Part shown: piece after piece, positions 1-10,443 of the stretch
Numbering within the stretch: the first letter of the stretch is position 1
Layout: each line of letters opens with the position of its first letter
DNA from: Halothermothrix sp.
GTDB lineage: Bacteria; Bacillota; Halanaerobiia; DY22613
Length of the DNA stretch: 64,000 bases
Assembly: GCA_016841825.1 (NCBI GenBank)
Contig: JAENYK010000013.1
Span: forward strand, 6,739 to 70,738
Direction: 5' to 3'
Position numbers and translations under genes: made by a program
The notes under the pieces: generated by a model
Told to the model about the DNA's origin: nothing
Seen by the model: the letters and a program-made list of their open reading frames with translations, nothing else
The model's database searches: none

Positions 1-363
1 TATAAACCAGAGAACAAAGGTGGTCGTCAATCTGGGGTCCCAACTCCACCAGGTATTCCAGATTGATCTGGCCCATAAAGAACCAGTTATCAATACAATC
101 GTGGTGTAGACAAAGCCTATTTCGGCTGATGCCAATGCCATCAGTTCCCATCTTTCTCCTCTGGTATAAAGATACGCTACGCCAGAGATAAAGACTACAA
201 AAAAAGCAAAAAATCCAATCCAGGCTGATGAGAGATGAAAATAAAATATTTTCTGGACCACTCCCATAGTTTTCTCAACAGGTGCATATCCGAAAATCAG
301 ATATAAACACCCTACCATGCAGAACAATAGGCAGATTAAGAGTATCCTATTTATCCATTTCAT
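1..363 (-). CDS. ccmC: Cytochrome c maturation heme-handling protein CcmC (N-terminal 121 codons; runs off window start)
   Basis: ATG at 363, 2 nt after the ccmB stop. My minus-strand translation starts MKWINRILLICLLFCMVGCLY and ends ...WNTWWSWDPRLTTTFVLWFI, the Trp-rich WWD motif of CcmC. Not in the ORF track because it is truncated. Confidence 0.8.
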   Translation of the reverse strand, partial: MKWINRILLICLLFCMVGCLYLIFGYAPVEKTMGVVQKIFYFHLSSAWIGFFAFFVVFISGVAYLYTRGERWELMALASAEIGFVYTTIVLITGSLWARSIWNTWWSWDPRLTTTFVLWFI

Positions 364-365
364 TG

Positions 366-1031
366 TTACACCTCCATAACAAAATCGAAAATAGTTAGAG
401 GAATAATTGTAAATATCAGATCGTATATAATCATTAAAGATAACCACAACTGCAAATTCCCACTATTACCTAGTGCAATTCCTAAAGATTGACTGACTGC
501 AATTAATAATGGGATAACAATTGGAAAATACAGAATCGGCAAAAGTATCTGTCTACCATTCATCTGAAGGTTAATCGCATGTAAAAGTGTCCCAACCAGG
601 GTCAGACCAATACTACCTAATAACAGATTTAAAAACAGGATCTGAATGTTTAGAGTCCCTCGAAAATCTAAAAAGATCAAGTAAACAGGAACTACCACTA
701 TTTCCACCAGGCAAAGGAGAGTAAGATTAGTCAAAAATTTTCCAAAAAATATACTATACCATTCTCCGGTAGCCAAAAGTAATGCATCCAGAGCATCCTG
801 ATCTCTCTCTTTGTCCAGAGAATAACTCAAACCGATAGTTGAGGTAAAGAGAAAGATGACCCAGAGATATACTGGATAAATCTTCTGGCTGGCTGTTGGA
901 GAAACATTTATCGATAAACTAAAAACAAAAACCAGTAATAGAGCAAAAACAACCATCAATAGCAGGTTATGTAATGCCTTGAACTCTTCTCGTAAATCTT
1001 TGCCATAAATCCAAAATATCTTTTTTAACAT
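366..1031 (-). CDS. ccmB: Heme exporter permease CcmB-like
   Basis: 221-aa polytopic membrane ORF between ccmA and ccmC, overlapping the ccmA stop by 7 nt. Size, hydrophobicity and position fit CcmB. Confidence 0.7.
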   Translation of the reverse strand: MLKKIFWIYGKDLREEFKALHNLLLMVVFALLLVFVFSLSINVSPTASQKIYPVYLWVIFLFTSTIGLSYSLDKERDQDALDALLLATGEWYSIFFGKFLTNLTLLCLVEIVVVPVYLIFLDFRGTLNIQILFLNLLLGSIGLTLVGTLLHAINLQMNGRQILLPILYFPIVIPLLIAVSQSLGIALGNSGNLQLWLSLMIIYDLIFTIIPLTIFDFVMEV

Positions 1032-1681
1032 GACCGCTGGATCACCTCGATAACTTGCCCCAGATTTAATTTGACTTCACAGATTAACAGCCCCTGAAGA
1101 TAGTCCGGATTATGAGTGGTTAGAATCTGAATTTTACCTGCTTCCTGAAGTTCTCTGACAGTAGTCCTAAACAGACCTTGACCTTCTGGATCCAATCCAG
1201 TAAAAGGTTCATCATATAAGATCAGTGTCGGATCATGCAGCAGTGTTCTTGCCAGACCTAAACGCTGCATCATTCCGCGGGAAAAGGTATCAACCAAGTG
1301 GTGACGGTAGAAATATAATCCCACCTTACTTAGCAGACTCTCTATCCGAGATTTGTTCTCTATCTGATACATCTTGCCGAAAAAAGAAAGGTTCTCATAG
1401 GCTGTCAGTCCAGTATAGATCATTGGTCGATGACCAAGATAACCAATCTGACGGGATAGATCAGATATAGCCGGAATATAGGATTTGTCATCTAATAATA
1501 CCTCACCATTACTTTTTCTGATCAATCCAGCAATCAATCGCAACAAAGTGGTTTTCCCCGCCCCATTAGGCCCAGTTATCACCAGTAGATCACCAGAATT
1601 GACCTTTAGATTGACATCAGAGATAATTATTCTATTGCCGATTTTCTTTTCGAGATTCTGAACAACTACTTTCCGAAACAT
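1025..1681 (-). CDS. ccmA: ABC transporter ATP-binding protein, CcmA-like heme exporter subunit
   Basis: Walker A GPNGAGKTT, signature-like FSRGMMQRL, Walker B LILYDEPFTGLD. Sits in the ccm operon. Confidence 0.8.
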   Translation of the reverse strand: MFRKVVVQNLEKKIGNRIIISDVNLKVNSGDLLVITGPNGAGKTTLLRLIAGLIRKSNGEVLLDDKSYIPAISDLSRQIGYLGHRPMIYTGLTAYENLSFFGKMYQIENKSRIESLLSKVGLYFYRHHLVDTFSRGMMQRLGLARTLLHDPTLILYDEPFTGLDPEGQGLFRTTVRELQEAGKIQILTTHNPDYLQGLLICEVKLNLGQVIEVIQRSC

Positions 1682-1781
1682 GGTGTCTCTCCCTTCCTTC
1701 CAAATCTAATATAACTATAGCTGCTAGTTCAAAAAATAACAGATAGAGCTTTTGCCAATTATTCATTTTGATAAGGTTTGA

Positions 1782-3719
1782 TTATTTTTTAAGTTTTCTA
1801 TTGGGCCAGAGGATGACAACAATTCCCAGATAGAGTAAATATGATCCTATCCATACCCAAATTGTCAGTGGATGAAGAATAATCTGAATCTGTGCCCGAT
1901 CCTCTTTCCAACCAACCAGAGTAAAACAAATATCTTCCCGAAGATTTCCTAATATTCCAACTCTGGTTACTGGCTGTGAGTATTGGGGATAGAAAAGCTT
2001 TTCTGATCTAACTGTTCCTTCAAATCTATCTCCCCGATATACTTCCATCTGTGCAGACACTCCGATATATCTATCAGTATATTCCGGGATTAAACCAGTA
2101 TATTTGAGAGTATACAGACCAAGTCGAAACCGTTCACCAGGATCAATAACTGTGGTCAGTTCAGTCTTAAATATTGACCCGGTTATACCTATCAAAATCA
2201 CAATAATCCCCAGGTGTATGATATATGCTCCATACCTTTTTCTACCATGTCTGAAACATCTGCCAGGAGTAACCAATAATCTGAGATCATATTTGAACTT
2301 ATAATAGCAACAATCAATGACAAAATCTTGCAGGATGACAGTTACACCAAAGGCTGCACTAGACAAAGATAGTAGAGCCAACCAGTTATCTGTTAACTGA
2401 AGTAAAAGCAAAATCCCTGTTACTACTTCTACCGCAATTGGAATGATTAGTCTTCCCATTATCCTTTTCCTCTCAGTCTGCCTCCAGTTTAAAACAGGAC
2501 AGACTCCCAACAGAAAAACCAAACTTAACCAGAGAGGAATGGTTACTTGATTGTAAAACATCTGATCTACTGTACCTCTTCTTCCCAGAAACCAGGGAGA
2601 GATTAGTGAAAAAATAGTTCCAATAAATACCCCAATAAAGATCATCATTAATAAAATATTGGTGATTATTAATCCGGTTTCTTTAGAGAAAAATTTTAGC
2701 TCTCTAGATTCATCTTTTAATTGATGAAAACGACTGAACAGTAGGTAAACGGTAAAAATCATTATAACAATAATTACTCCCCAAAAATATTCTCCCACCT
2801 CAGTATCATTAAAACCATGCACCGAATCTATCACTCCACTACGTGTAATAAAAGTGCTAAAAATTGTAAGCATAAAAGTCGCTGAGATTAAAAGATAATT
2901 CCATAATTTCATCCCCCTATTCTGCCGTTGGAGAATTAGCGTATGAAGTAAAGCGCTAGAAGTTAACCAGGGAAAAAGTGAAGCATTCTCAACCGGATCC
3001 CATGCCCAATAACCGCCCCATCCCGATTCGGAATACGCCCAATTAGCTCCCGTAACCATCCCTACTGTTAACATCAGCCAGGAGAAAAGAATCCAGGGTC
3101 TACTGGAACTTGCCCAGTCAGCATCATCTCTTTTGAGCAAAGAGCTACTAACCAGAGCAAAAGGAACCGCAAAACCACTATAACCCAGGAAAAGAAAAGG
3201 TGGATGAACTACCATCTCAAAACTCTGAAGTATAGGATTTAGACCCACCCCATCTGAAGGTATCTCCTTTAAGGTAAGGAATGGTGAATCTAATGCAAGA
3301 ATAAAAACAATAAAGATCAGACGAATTAGATTCAACAAACTGAGCAGTATAATATCATCTGCCTGCTGACGAATTCTTTGACTAACCTGTAACAAGAAAG
3401 TAATCACTGAAAGCAGCAAAAGCCAGAGCAGCATTGATCCTGATTGACCCGCCCACAAAGCACTCACTTTGAAGATCAGAGGTAAATCATAACTAGTATA
3501 ATCAGCGACATAGGCAAAATTAAAATCACTAATAATCAGTGCATAAAGCAAGATAGCGGCTGAAATTACTGTCACCAGAGATGAAAAGAGGGTGGCAGTT
3601 CTCGAACTAATCGTCAACCACTGCTGTCCTGTCTGTTTGCCAATCAGGGCAGTTACAAGAGCAAACATTGTTGTGATTAAAATTATATAGATAGTAATAC
3701 TCCCAATTGATGCCATCAT
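1782..3719 (-). CDS. ccmF: Cytochrome c-type biogenesis protein CcmF (heme lyase component)
   Basis: 645-aa polytopic protein with the WWD motif GWGGYWAWDPVENASLFPWL. Start overlaps the ccmE stop by 4 nt. Confidence 0.85.
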   Translation of the reverse strand: MMASIGSITIYIILITTMFALVTALIGKQTGQQWLTISSRTATLFSSLVTVISAAILLYALIISDFNFAYVADYTSYDLPLIFKVSALWAGQSGSMLLWLLLLSVITFLLQVSQRIRQQADDIILLSLLNLIRLIFIVFILALDSPFLTLKEIPSDGVGLNPILQSFEMVVHPPFLFLGYSGFAVPFALVSSSLLKRDDADWASSSRPWILFSWLMLTVGMVTGANWAYSESGWGGYWAWDPVENASLFPWLTSSALLHTLILQRQNRGMKLWNYLLISATFMLTIFSTFITRSGVIDSVHGFNDTEVGEYFWGVIIVIMIFTVYLLFSRFHQLKDESRELKFFSKETGLIITNILLMMIFIGVFIGTIFSLISPWFLGRRGTVDQMFYNQVTIPLWLSLVFLLGVCPVLNWRQTERKRIMGRLIIPIAVEVVTGILLLLQLTDNWLALLSLSSAAFGVTVILQDFVIDCCYYKFKYDLRLLVTPGRCFRHGRKRYGAYIIHLGIIVILIGITGSIFKTELTTVIDPGERFRLGLYTLKYTGLIPEYTDRYIGVSAQMEVYRGDRFEGTVRSEKLFYPQYSQPVTRVGILGNLREDICFTLVGWKEDRAQIQIILHPLTIWVWIGSYLLYLGIVVILWPNRKLKK

Positions 3720-4135
3720 TCTTCCCCTGCAGAATGTTTTTCATATTTTGACGGACACTGGGTCATTAACTTAGATACCACAAAAATTTGAGCTTCACTC
3801 TGACCAGGGTTACTCATCTGACCTTCTACAATTATCTCTGAAACATGGTCAAAATTATTTGGAATCATACCTTGATAACTCATGTGTAATTCAGTTCGAC
3901 CATCAGTTAGAATACAGGACAATCTTTCAGTCTCAGAATTCCAAATGATACTATCCTTTACCAGACTTCCCCGGATACGCAGCTGTTTTTCCATAATCCC
4001 GTCCAAATTATTTAATTCTGAGACCGTATAGTAATAGGTCAGAGAGTTATCAATATTACTATAGATGAGATAACTGAAGAAAATAAGTGGAAGTAAAAGG
4101 GTTACCAATATTTTGTATTTTGATTTCATACCCAT
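3716..4135 (-). CDS. ccmE: Cytochrome c maturation heme chaperone CcmE, CXXXY variant
   Basis: 139 aa with one N-terminal TM helix and an OB-fold-sized domain. The C-terminal LMTQCPSKYEK has Cys where canonical CcmE has the heme-binding His of HxxxY. Operon context with ccmF. Confidence 0.7.
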   Translation of the reverse strand: MGMKSKYKILVTLLLPLIFFSYLIYSNIDNSLTYYYTVSELNNLDGIMEKQLRIRGSLVKDSIIWNSETERLSCILTDGRTELHMSYQGMIPNNFDHVSEIIVEGQMSNPGQSEAQIFVVSKLMTQCPSKYEKHSAGEE

Positions 4136-4423
4136 CCCTCCTGTGATCTAGTACGACTTAGTATTAATATTGCCAAAATACTCCACTATATTCTCAAAAT
4201 TATCCCATGCAAACTACATACTAACTTAAAAACTACATGAATTCATCAGCTTGATAAATAATAGATAGCTGGCTAAAAATTCCTTTTTGCACCCTTTGAG
4301 TATCTAAATTTAACAAAACTTTTCCCCTCTTCTGCGAATTTATCTAGAAGAAAACACTGATATATGTTATAATTCTAGTGAATCCTACATTATTTTTGTT
4401 AATAAAAAAAGGAGGACATCCTT

Positions 4424-5620
4424 GTGCGAAATAAAGAGATAAAGATATCTAGACCATTATACGCAACAGCGAAACTGACTCTTGGGAATTATGTTAAACA
4501 ATTATTTAATACGCAATATGTGGGCTCTGAACTCATTAACAAGCAAACTGGTTCCTATATTATCCTGGGAAATCATACTAATTTCTGGGACCCAGTTTTA
4601 GTAGCCTATGGAGTATCTGAGCATATTTATTTTGTCTCCTCTGACGAGTATTTTCGTAAGGGTATCCTAAAATTTCTCTTACCCTATGCAGGAGCAATTC
4701 CCAAAACTAAGTTCTTCTCAGATTCTGAGACAGTAAAAAACATTATTAAAGTCAGGAAAAAAGGTGGAATAATCGGAATATTTCCTGAAGGCAAGCGCAA
4801 TTGGGATGGAACAACACTTGAGATTCTATACCCTACAGCCAAATTAATTAAATCATTAAAGATTCCTGTTATTGTGACATTATTAAAAGGCGCTGCCCTC
4901 TCTTATCCCCGCTGGGCTAAAAAAAGCCGTAAAGGTAAGTTGATTGTTGAATATAAGATGGCTTTAGATCCAGATCAGATAGAAAATCTCTCAGTCGATG
5001 AGATTTATCAAGTGATTACTACTGAACTGACATATGACGAATATGACTGGCAAAAAGAACAGATGATTCCCTTTAAAGGTAAACTTCTGGCAGAGCAAAT
5101 GGAATTATTCCTCTTTACCTGCCCCCATTGTAAAACAATAGGCAGTATGCGTTCAACCGACGATCATTTCTACTGTCAAGAATGTGGTTATTCTACGAGC
5201 TATAACTTATACGGTTATCTAACAAAGGAATCAGACATCCTATATTTTGACAATCCCCGGGATTGGAACTATTGGCAGTTAGAATACCTGAATAATTTGA
5301 GTGAAGAATTGGACGATTCCACACCTCTGATCTCAGATGAAAAAGTTTCAATCTTTAAAGGACGGAGGCTTAGTCCACTAACGAGACAGAGCACAGGGCA
5401 GATTACTCTGTATTCTAAAGTCTTAGAGTTCACCAGTCGTCAGGGAGAACACCTCTCTTTTGTTTTAGAGAAGATTCAAGGGATGAACATTCAGTACAAT
5501 AATCAGTTTGAATTCTATTATAATAAATCTCTTTACCGATTTAGCTTTGAATTATCTCATATCTCAGCTTATAAATGGTCACAGGCGATTATGGCCTTAC
5601 AAAACAGGTCAAAAAACTAA
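4424..5620 (+). CDS. Lysophospholipid/1-acyl-glycerol-3-phosphate acyltransferase family protein with C-terminal zinc-ribbon region
   Basis: Acyltransferase blocks GNHTNFWDP (HX4D) and IFPEGKRN. CPHC...CQEC pair downstream. GTG start 7 nt after AAGGAGGA. Confidence 0.75.
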   Translation: MRNKEIKISRPLYATAKLTLGNYVKQLFNTQYVGSELINKQTGSYIILGNHTNFWDPVLVAYGVSEHIYFVSSDEYFRKGILKFLLPYAGAIPKTKFFSDSETVKNIIKVRKKGGIIGIFPEGKRNWDGTTLEILYPTAKLIKSLKIPVIVTLLKGAALSYPRWAKKSRKGKLIVEYKMALDPDQIENLSVDEIYQVITTELTYDEYDWQKEQMIPFKGKLLAEQMELFLFTCPHCKTIGSMRSTDDHFYCQECGYSTSYNLYGYLTKESDILYFDNPRDWNYWQLEYLNNLSEELDDSTPLISDEKVSIFKGRRLSPLTRQSTGQITLYSKVLEFTSRQGEHLSFVLEKIQGMNIQYNNQFEFYYNKSLYRFSFELSHISAYKWSQAIMALQNRSKN

Positions 5621-5637
5621 CGAAAGCGAGGACATCT

Positions 5638-7017
5638 ATGAATACTGATTGGTCTTTCTTTATTGATTTTGCCCTTTTATCACTCTTTCTGGGAACTGCC
5701 ACTTATTTGAAAAGAACTTTTTCAATCTTTCGCAAATACCTGATCCCGGATGCTATTATTGCAGGATTTATTGGACTGCTTCTCGGTCCGGAAGTTTTAA
5801 AAATTGTTCAGCTTAACCCCGATCGATTGGGTACTTTAATCTACCATTTGATGGCTATTGGTTTTATTGCACTATCTCTCAAAGATAGAAGACGTGAAAA
5901 AGGTAGAGATGTAGTCAATACAGGCATGTATATCGTTTCCACTTATCTAATTCAGGGAATTTTGGGATTTGGTATCTCTTTACTGCTGGCATATACCATT
6001 TATCCTGATCTCTTTCCAGCCTTTGGACTACTCTTACCTCTGGCATTTGGGCAAGGTCCTGGACAGGCTTTTGCCATTGGGACTCAATGGGAAGTTCACG
6101 GATTCCTTCATGGAGGCAATATCGGTCTTACCCTGGCTACCTTTGGTTACCTTTGGGCCAGTATCGGTGGCGTTATTTTGATGAACTATCTGATCAGACG
6201 TCGGAAAATGGAGGCATCATCTAAGACTGGATTTGCTGTTTCTAAGACAGAAGTAGTTGAATCCAATGAATTTCCACAGGGCGGATCTATTGATCATATT
6301 ACGATTCAACTCTTCTTGATCGGTATTATCTACCTTGTCACTTATGGAACACTTTTAGGATTAACCAAAATTGTTGAACCTCTGGGATCTTTTGGACAGA
6401 CTCTGGCAGGTCTTTTCTGGGGATTCCATTTTCTGATCGGTTCGGTATATGCTCTATTATTAAGAGTAATCTTTGACTTTTTCAAAAAGAAAAAAATAAT
6501 GGTTAATAATTATCCGAATAATTATCTTTTGGAAAGAATTTCTGGTGGTTCATTTGACTTTATGGTAACAGCTGCAATTACAGCTATCTCCGTCTCTATT
6601 GTCAAAGATTACATTTTACCGATCTTTTTTATCTCACTTCTGGGTGGAGTCGTAACCATTCTATTTACAATCTGGATCGCTAAAAGAATTTACAAACACC
6701 ATGTTCTGGAATACATTCTGGCTCTCTATGGAATGTTAACGGGTACTATCTCTACCGGGATGGCACTCCTTAGAGAAGTAGATCCCAACTTCAAGACACA
6801 GGTTGCAGAAAAGCTTGTTTTGGGAAGTGGCGTCGGATTACTCTTCGGTTTCCCTCTAATGATTATCTTAAATATTCCAATCTTCGGTTATATTAATAAC
6901 CAACCGATAATGTATCTGTACACTCTGTTAGCTTTAACAGCATATTTGGGAGCACTTATCTTAATGATGTGGTTAAACCGTCCCACAGCATTAAAGGTTA
7001 CACGACAAAAAAAATAA
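5638..7017 (+). CDS. Sodium/glutamate symporter (GltS/ESS family)-like membrane transporter
   Basis: About 459-aa polytopic protein. The N-terminus (DFALLSLFLGTATYLKR...LIPDAIIAGFIGLLLGPEVL) resembles GltS. I chose the ATG at 5638 (GAGGA RBS) over the track start 5575, which overlaps the upstream gene. Confidence 0.55.
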   Translation: MNTDWSFFIDFALLSLFLGTATYLKRTFSIFRKYLIPDAIIAGFIGLLLGPEVLKIVQLNPDRLGTLIYHLMAIGFIALSLKDRRREKGRDVVNTGMYIVSTYLIQGILGFGISLLLAYTIYPDLFPAFGLLLPLAFGQGPGQAFAIGTQWEVHGFLHGGNIGLTLATFGYLWASIGGVILMNYLIRRRKMEASSKTGFAVSKTEVVESNEFPQGGSIDHITIQLFLIGIIYLVTYGTLLGLTKIVEPLGSFGQTLAGLFWGFHFLIGSVYALLLRVIFDFFKKKKIMVNNYPNNYLLERISGGSFDFMVTAAITAISVSIVKDYILPIFFISLLGGVVTILFTIWIAKRIYKHHVLEYILALYGMLTGTISTGMALLREVDPNFKTQVAEKLVLGSGVGLLFGFPLMIILNIPIFGYINNQPIMYLYTLLALTAYLGALILMMWLNRPTALKVTRQKK

Positions 7018-7042
7018 CAGTTCCCATAATTTAACTGATAAA

Positions 7043-7080
7043 AGCCCCCTTGAGCCTGAATATCTCAAAGGGGCTTTTTT
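7043..7080 (+). terminator. Rho-independent terminator after the symporter gene
   Basis: GCCCCCTTGAG...CTCAAAGGGGC stem (10 of 11 pairs) followed by TTTTTT. Confidence 0.8.
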
Positions 7081-7257
7081 ACAAACAATTATTTCAATTG
7101 AATTAGTTGTATCGGCATTTAAAAAAAATACTATAAAAACCCTTTATTATATGTATAAGTTATCTTCATATATCTATCATAATTTCCACAATTTACCGTT
7201 AGACACTACTGAAAAGACCTCAGAATACTTAACTTCTAAGATCTTATTCGCTCTGAA

Positions 7258-8304
7258 CTAGACACCCTTAATGTTAGTTAGAGCCGCCAATAACCGCTTG
7301 TTTTCTTCTGAAGTACCTACACTGAAGCGGTAATAACCAGGCCAGTCTGGATAAGTTTTTACCTTAATTCCATAATTAACAAATCTCTCTCTCAACCAAC
7401 CTTCAGATCCTAATTCTTTACACCAGAAAAAGTTGGACTGACTGGTATATAGCTTTAGAAAAGAATGGTTTTTTAATAAAGAAGCTATCATCTCTCTCTG
7501 ACTTACTACCTCTTCAATTAACAAGCTATTAGTTGAACTAAATGCAGCTTCAGCTACCAGAAGCATAAAATTATTAAAATGAAATGGTAACTCCAAATCC
7601 CTAATACTATTAACCAACCAGGTAGGCCCAGCCATAAAACCAATCCTCACCCCAGCTAAACCCCAACCTTTAGACAAAGTTCGAGTGATTGCCAATCTAT
7701 CAGGATATTCCTGTAAAAGATTAACTAAACTCTGACCGGAAAAATCATAATATGCCTCATCAATAATTACCACTGTATTGGGTAACTGTTTAATTAATAA
7801 TTCAATCTTCTCTCTGTCAAAACAGTTACCTGTTGGGTTGTTTGGATATGCCAGAACGATTAAATCTGGTTTTTCCATCATAAAATTGTCCAGTGTAGCA
7901 TCAACTAACTCAAACTCAGTTGAAAGTCTGGCGGTACAGACCTGAACACCAGCCTGTCGAGCATAGATCGCATAACAGGGAAATCCAGGTTTAATAACAC
8001 CTAACTTCTTTCCACGAAAGACCAACATCATCCTAAATAATATATCATCTAATCCATTTCCCAAACAGACCCGTTCAACTGAACACCCTAAATAATCTGC
8101 TGCTAACCTTTCAATCTTTTGTACATCATCCAGAGTTGGATACCTATTTAATTCCAGTGTTGGTAGTCTCTCAATCAATTCTGGATAATCACTTATATAA
8201 GTTGGAAAAGGCATTTCATTTAGAGATATTCTAATCTCTTCCCCCCGATTAGATCTTAACCTTTGATCTCTCTTTTCAAAAGTCTGTAACTTCTTTGTCA
8301 GCAT
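7258..8304 (-). CDS. Class I/II PLP-dependent aminotransferase (histidinol-phosphate aminotransferase-like)
   Basis: YPNNPTGN and TLSKGWGLAGVRIGF (PLP lysine) motifs. ATG at 8304 preceded by AAAGGGGGGA; the track start 8388 would overlap the cupin gene. Confidence 0.75.
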   Translation of the reverse strand: MLTKKLQTFEKRDQRLRSNRGEEIRISLNEMPFPTYISDYPELIERLPTLELNRYPTLDDVQKIERLAADYLGCSVERVCLGNGLDDILFRMMLVFRGKKLGVIKPGFPCYAIYARQAGVQVCTARLSTEFELVDATLDNFMMEKPDLIVLAYPNNPTGNCFDREKIELLIKQLPNTVVIIDEAYYDFSGQSLVNLLQEYPDRLAITRTLSKGWGLAGVRIGFMAGPTWLVNSIRDLELPFHFNNFMLLVAEAAFSSTNSLLIEEVVSQREMIASLLKNHSFLKLYTSQSNFFWCKELGSEGWLRERFVNYGIKVKTYPDWPGYYRFSVGTSEENKRLLAALTNIKGV

Positions 8305-8357
8305 CTTAATCCCCCCTTTTAATAAGACGCAGACCTGATAAATTTTCTTTAATCGGT

Positions 8358-8729
8358 TTAAGCCATAGTACGAAACAATTCTGTACATGCCATTTTTAAT
8401 ACATTTCTATCCGTGTCAACCTGGTTTTCGGGCCAATGCCAATGCACAAGCTGTAATTCTTCATCATAACCAGCAAAGGAGTGAGGTGTATTCTGATCAA
8501 TTAAGATTAAATTCCCCTCACTAATATAATGAATATCTGCATCCAGATAGATCTTCCCTTGACCCTTCAAAACATATGTGATCTGTTTCGTCTGGTGATG
8601 AATTACCAAAGGTCGTTCACTCTCATCAGTTAAAATTTGTATCGGTATCTGCTGCAGATTAAATATCTCGCAAAACATCTCCCTCATCTCAGGCATAATC
8701 TTATGAATTTGATATTTTTTATCCTGCAT
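8358..8729 (-). CDS. Cupin-domain protein
   Basis: 123 aa. VIHHQTKQITYVLKGQGKIY...ISEGNLILIDQNTPHSF fits the two-motif cupin beta-barrel pattern. Confidence 0.6.
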   Translation of the reverse strand: MQDKKYQIHKIMPEMREMFCEIFNLQQIPIQILTDESERPLVIHHQTKQITYVLKGQGKIYLDADIHYISEGNLILIDQNTPHSFAGYDEELQLVHWHWPENQVDTDRNVLKMACTELFRTMA

Positions 8730-8790
8730 AGCACACCTCCTTTAATTAGTTCTAATTTAGCTGCCATCAGTATTCTATCTTTCCAAATGT

Positions 8791-10443
8791 TTATTGATTA
8801 AAAAACACTGGATCTTCATTTTTTGAAACTATTACCTCAATTACTACAGTCCCTTGAGAATTTAAAGCCTGTTCCAGTCCCCGGGTAAACTCTTCAACTG
8901 TTCGAACCTTGATTCCCCTCGCACCCATTGATTCTGCCCAATCAGCAAAATCAATCTCTGGTATATCTGAAGCCACATACTGGTCTGCACACACTAAATG
9001 TTGATATGTCCTCACTCTGCCCAGTGAACTATTATTATAGATAACAAAGATTGTATCCAGTCCCAGATAACTAGAAACTGAAATCTCATTACCAGACATT
9101 AATGTTGAACCATCGCCAGTTATACAGATTACCTTGCGTTCCGGAGCTGCTAATTTCATCCCAATAGCTGCTCCTATAGCATACCCCATGGTACCAAGTC
9201 CAATATTTGTGAACAATCCCCCAGCATTTTTAGTATGGTAACATGTTAACACGTTAAGCCAATGATTTCCTGCGTCTGGAACGACAATCGCATCATTAGG
9301 AAGAATGTGATTTAACTGGAATATGGTTTTGGCCATGATTAAATTATCAGACTGAAGTCTATCCTGAAGATAATCAGCTAGCAGTCTTTTTCCCAATCTA
9401 ATTCTGTCACGACGTTCATTACTCACACTCATTTTCTGACAGAGTGCAGGCAACCAATACCGTAAATCTGCCTGGATACCTAAATCTATCGCGGTTCTGA
9501 GTCCAAGTTGATGATGATCAATATCAACCTGAATAGTATAAACCTCATGCAAAAGTCTTCTAACCTGATCAAAATAATAATCTGCCAAACTGGCTCCAAG
9601 AATTAAAACTGTATCTGGCTGATAATCAGATATTAATTTGATTATCTGATTATTTTGCCCAGGGCCAACATGTCCCCAGACATATTCATGAGTGGCCTGG
9701 ACTGCAGCCAATCCCTTGATCGAAGTAATTACAGGAGCAGAGAGTTGTTCCGCAAGTTGATGTAATTCATCCAGTTTACTGGATAAATAGAGGCCCCATC
9801 CTACAAAGAGTAATGGCCTTTTGGATTGAACTAAAATATCTCCTATCTGGTCCACATTTTGATCACAGCTTATGACTCTGCTAGACTGTAATCTTTTGAG
9901 ATAACAATCTTCAATCCCATTGGGATCTATCTCTTGTTCCTGAAGAGTTACAGGAATACTCAGATGAACTGGCCCCGGTCTACCAGATACAGCTAACCTC
10001 AAAGCTGATTCAAAAAGATGAACCCCTGCTTTGATATCAGTAATCTCATAAGATCCTTTGGTAATGGGTGCAAAGATAGCCTGGGGAGAGAAACCTCTAT
10101 CCAGAGGAAAACATTCCTGAAAACAACCTCTCCCAAAGGTTTCAGGATTAGCCTGACCTGTAATAGCTAATATGGGAATTGAATCTTTGTAAGCACCAGC
10201 AATACCTGTGTACATATTGGTCTGTCCGGGACCCATCGTTGCAAGAACGACCCCTGGTTTTCCGGTTATTCTGGCCCACCCATCAGCCATATAAACAGCC
10301 CCAGACTCATGCCTTGCCAAAATCACCCCGGGAGACTGATCAAATTTCTGCCATAATGGCATAACATAACTTCCCGGTACTCCGAAAACTACGTCATACT
10401 CTAATTCCTGTAACCGCATTTTGATATACTCAGCCAGATTCAA
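8791..10443 (-). CDS. Thiamine-diphosphate-dependent enzyme (acetolactate synthase large-subunit-like/2-oxoacid decarboxylase family)
   Basis: N-terminal VFGVPGS and the TPP-binding GDGSTLMSGNE...N motif. The ORF extends to 10461, but the TTG at 10443 follows AAAGGAGGG and gives a typical (M)NLAEYI N-terminus. Confidence 0.8.
   Translation of the reverse strand: MNLAEYIKMRLQELEYDVVFGVPGSYVMPLWQKFDQSPGVILARHESGAVYMADGWARITGKPGVVLATMGPGQTNMYTGIAGAYKDSIPILAITGQANPETFGRGCFQECFPLDRGFSPQAIFAPITKGSYEITDIKAGVHLFESALRLAVSGRPGPVHLSIPVTLQEQEIDPNGIEDCYLKRLQSSRVISCDQNVDQIGDILVQSKRPLLFVGWGLYLSSKLDELHQLAEQLSAPVITSIKGLAAVQATHEYVWGHVGPGQNNQIIKLISDYQPDTVLILGASLADYYFDQVRRLLHEVYTIQVDIDHHQLGLRTAIDLGIQADLRYWLPALCQKMSVSNERRDRIRLGKRLLADYLQDRLQSDNLIMAKTIFQLNHILPNDAIVVPDAGNHWLNVLTCYHTKNAGGLFTNIGLGTMGYAIGAAIGMKLAAPERKVICITGDGSTLMSGNEISVSSYLGLDTIFVIYNNSSLGRVRTYQHLVCADQYVASDIPEIDFADWAESMGARGIKVRTVEEFTRGLEQALNSQGTVVIEVIVSKNEDPVFFNQ

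Noticed and set aside
1225-2304. Plus-strand ORFs (81 aa, 66 aa) within ccmA and ccmF
   Set aside because: They are antisense shadow ORFs of genes with Walker and WWD motifs.
5575-5637. N-terminal extensions proposed by the ORF track (also 8305-8388, 38773-38814, 38786-38944, 31524-31568, 33593-33607, 49695-49709, 59464-59550)
   Set aside because: In each case an internal ATG or TTG sits at proper spacing from a GGAGG-type RBS. The extension either overlaps the upstream gene or contains the RBS itself.
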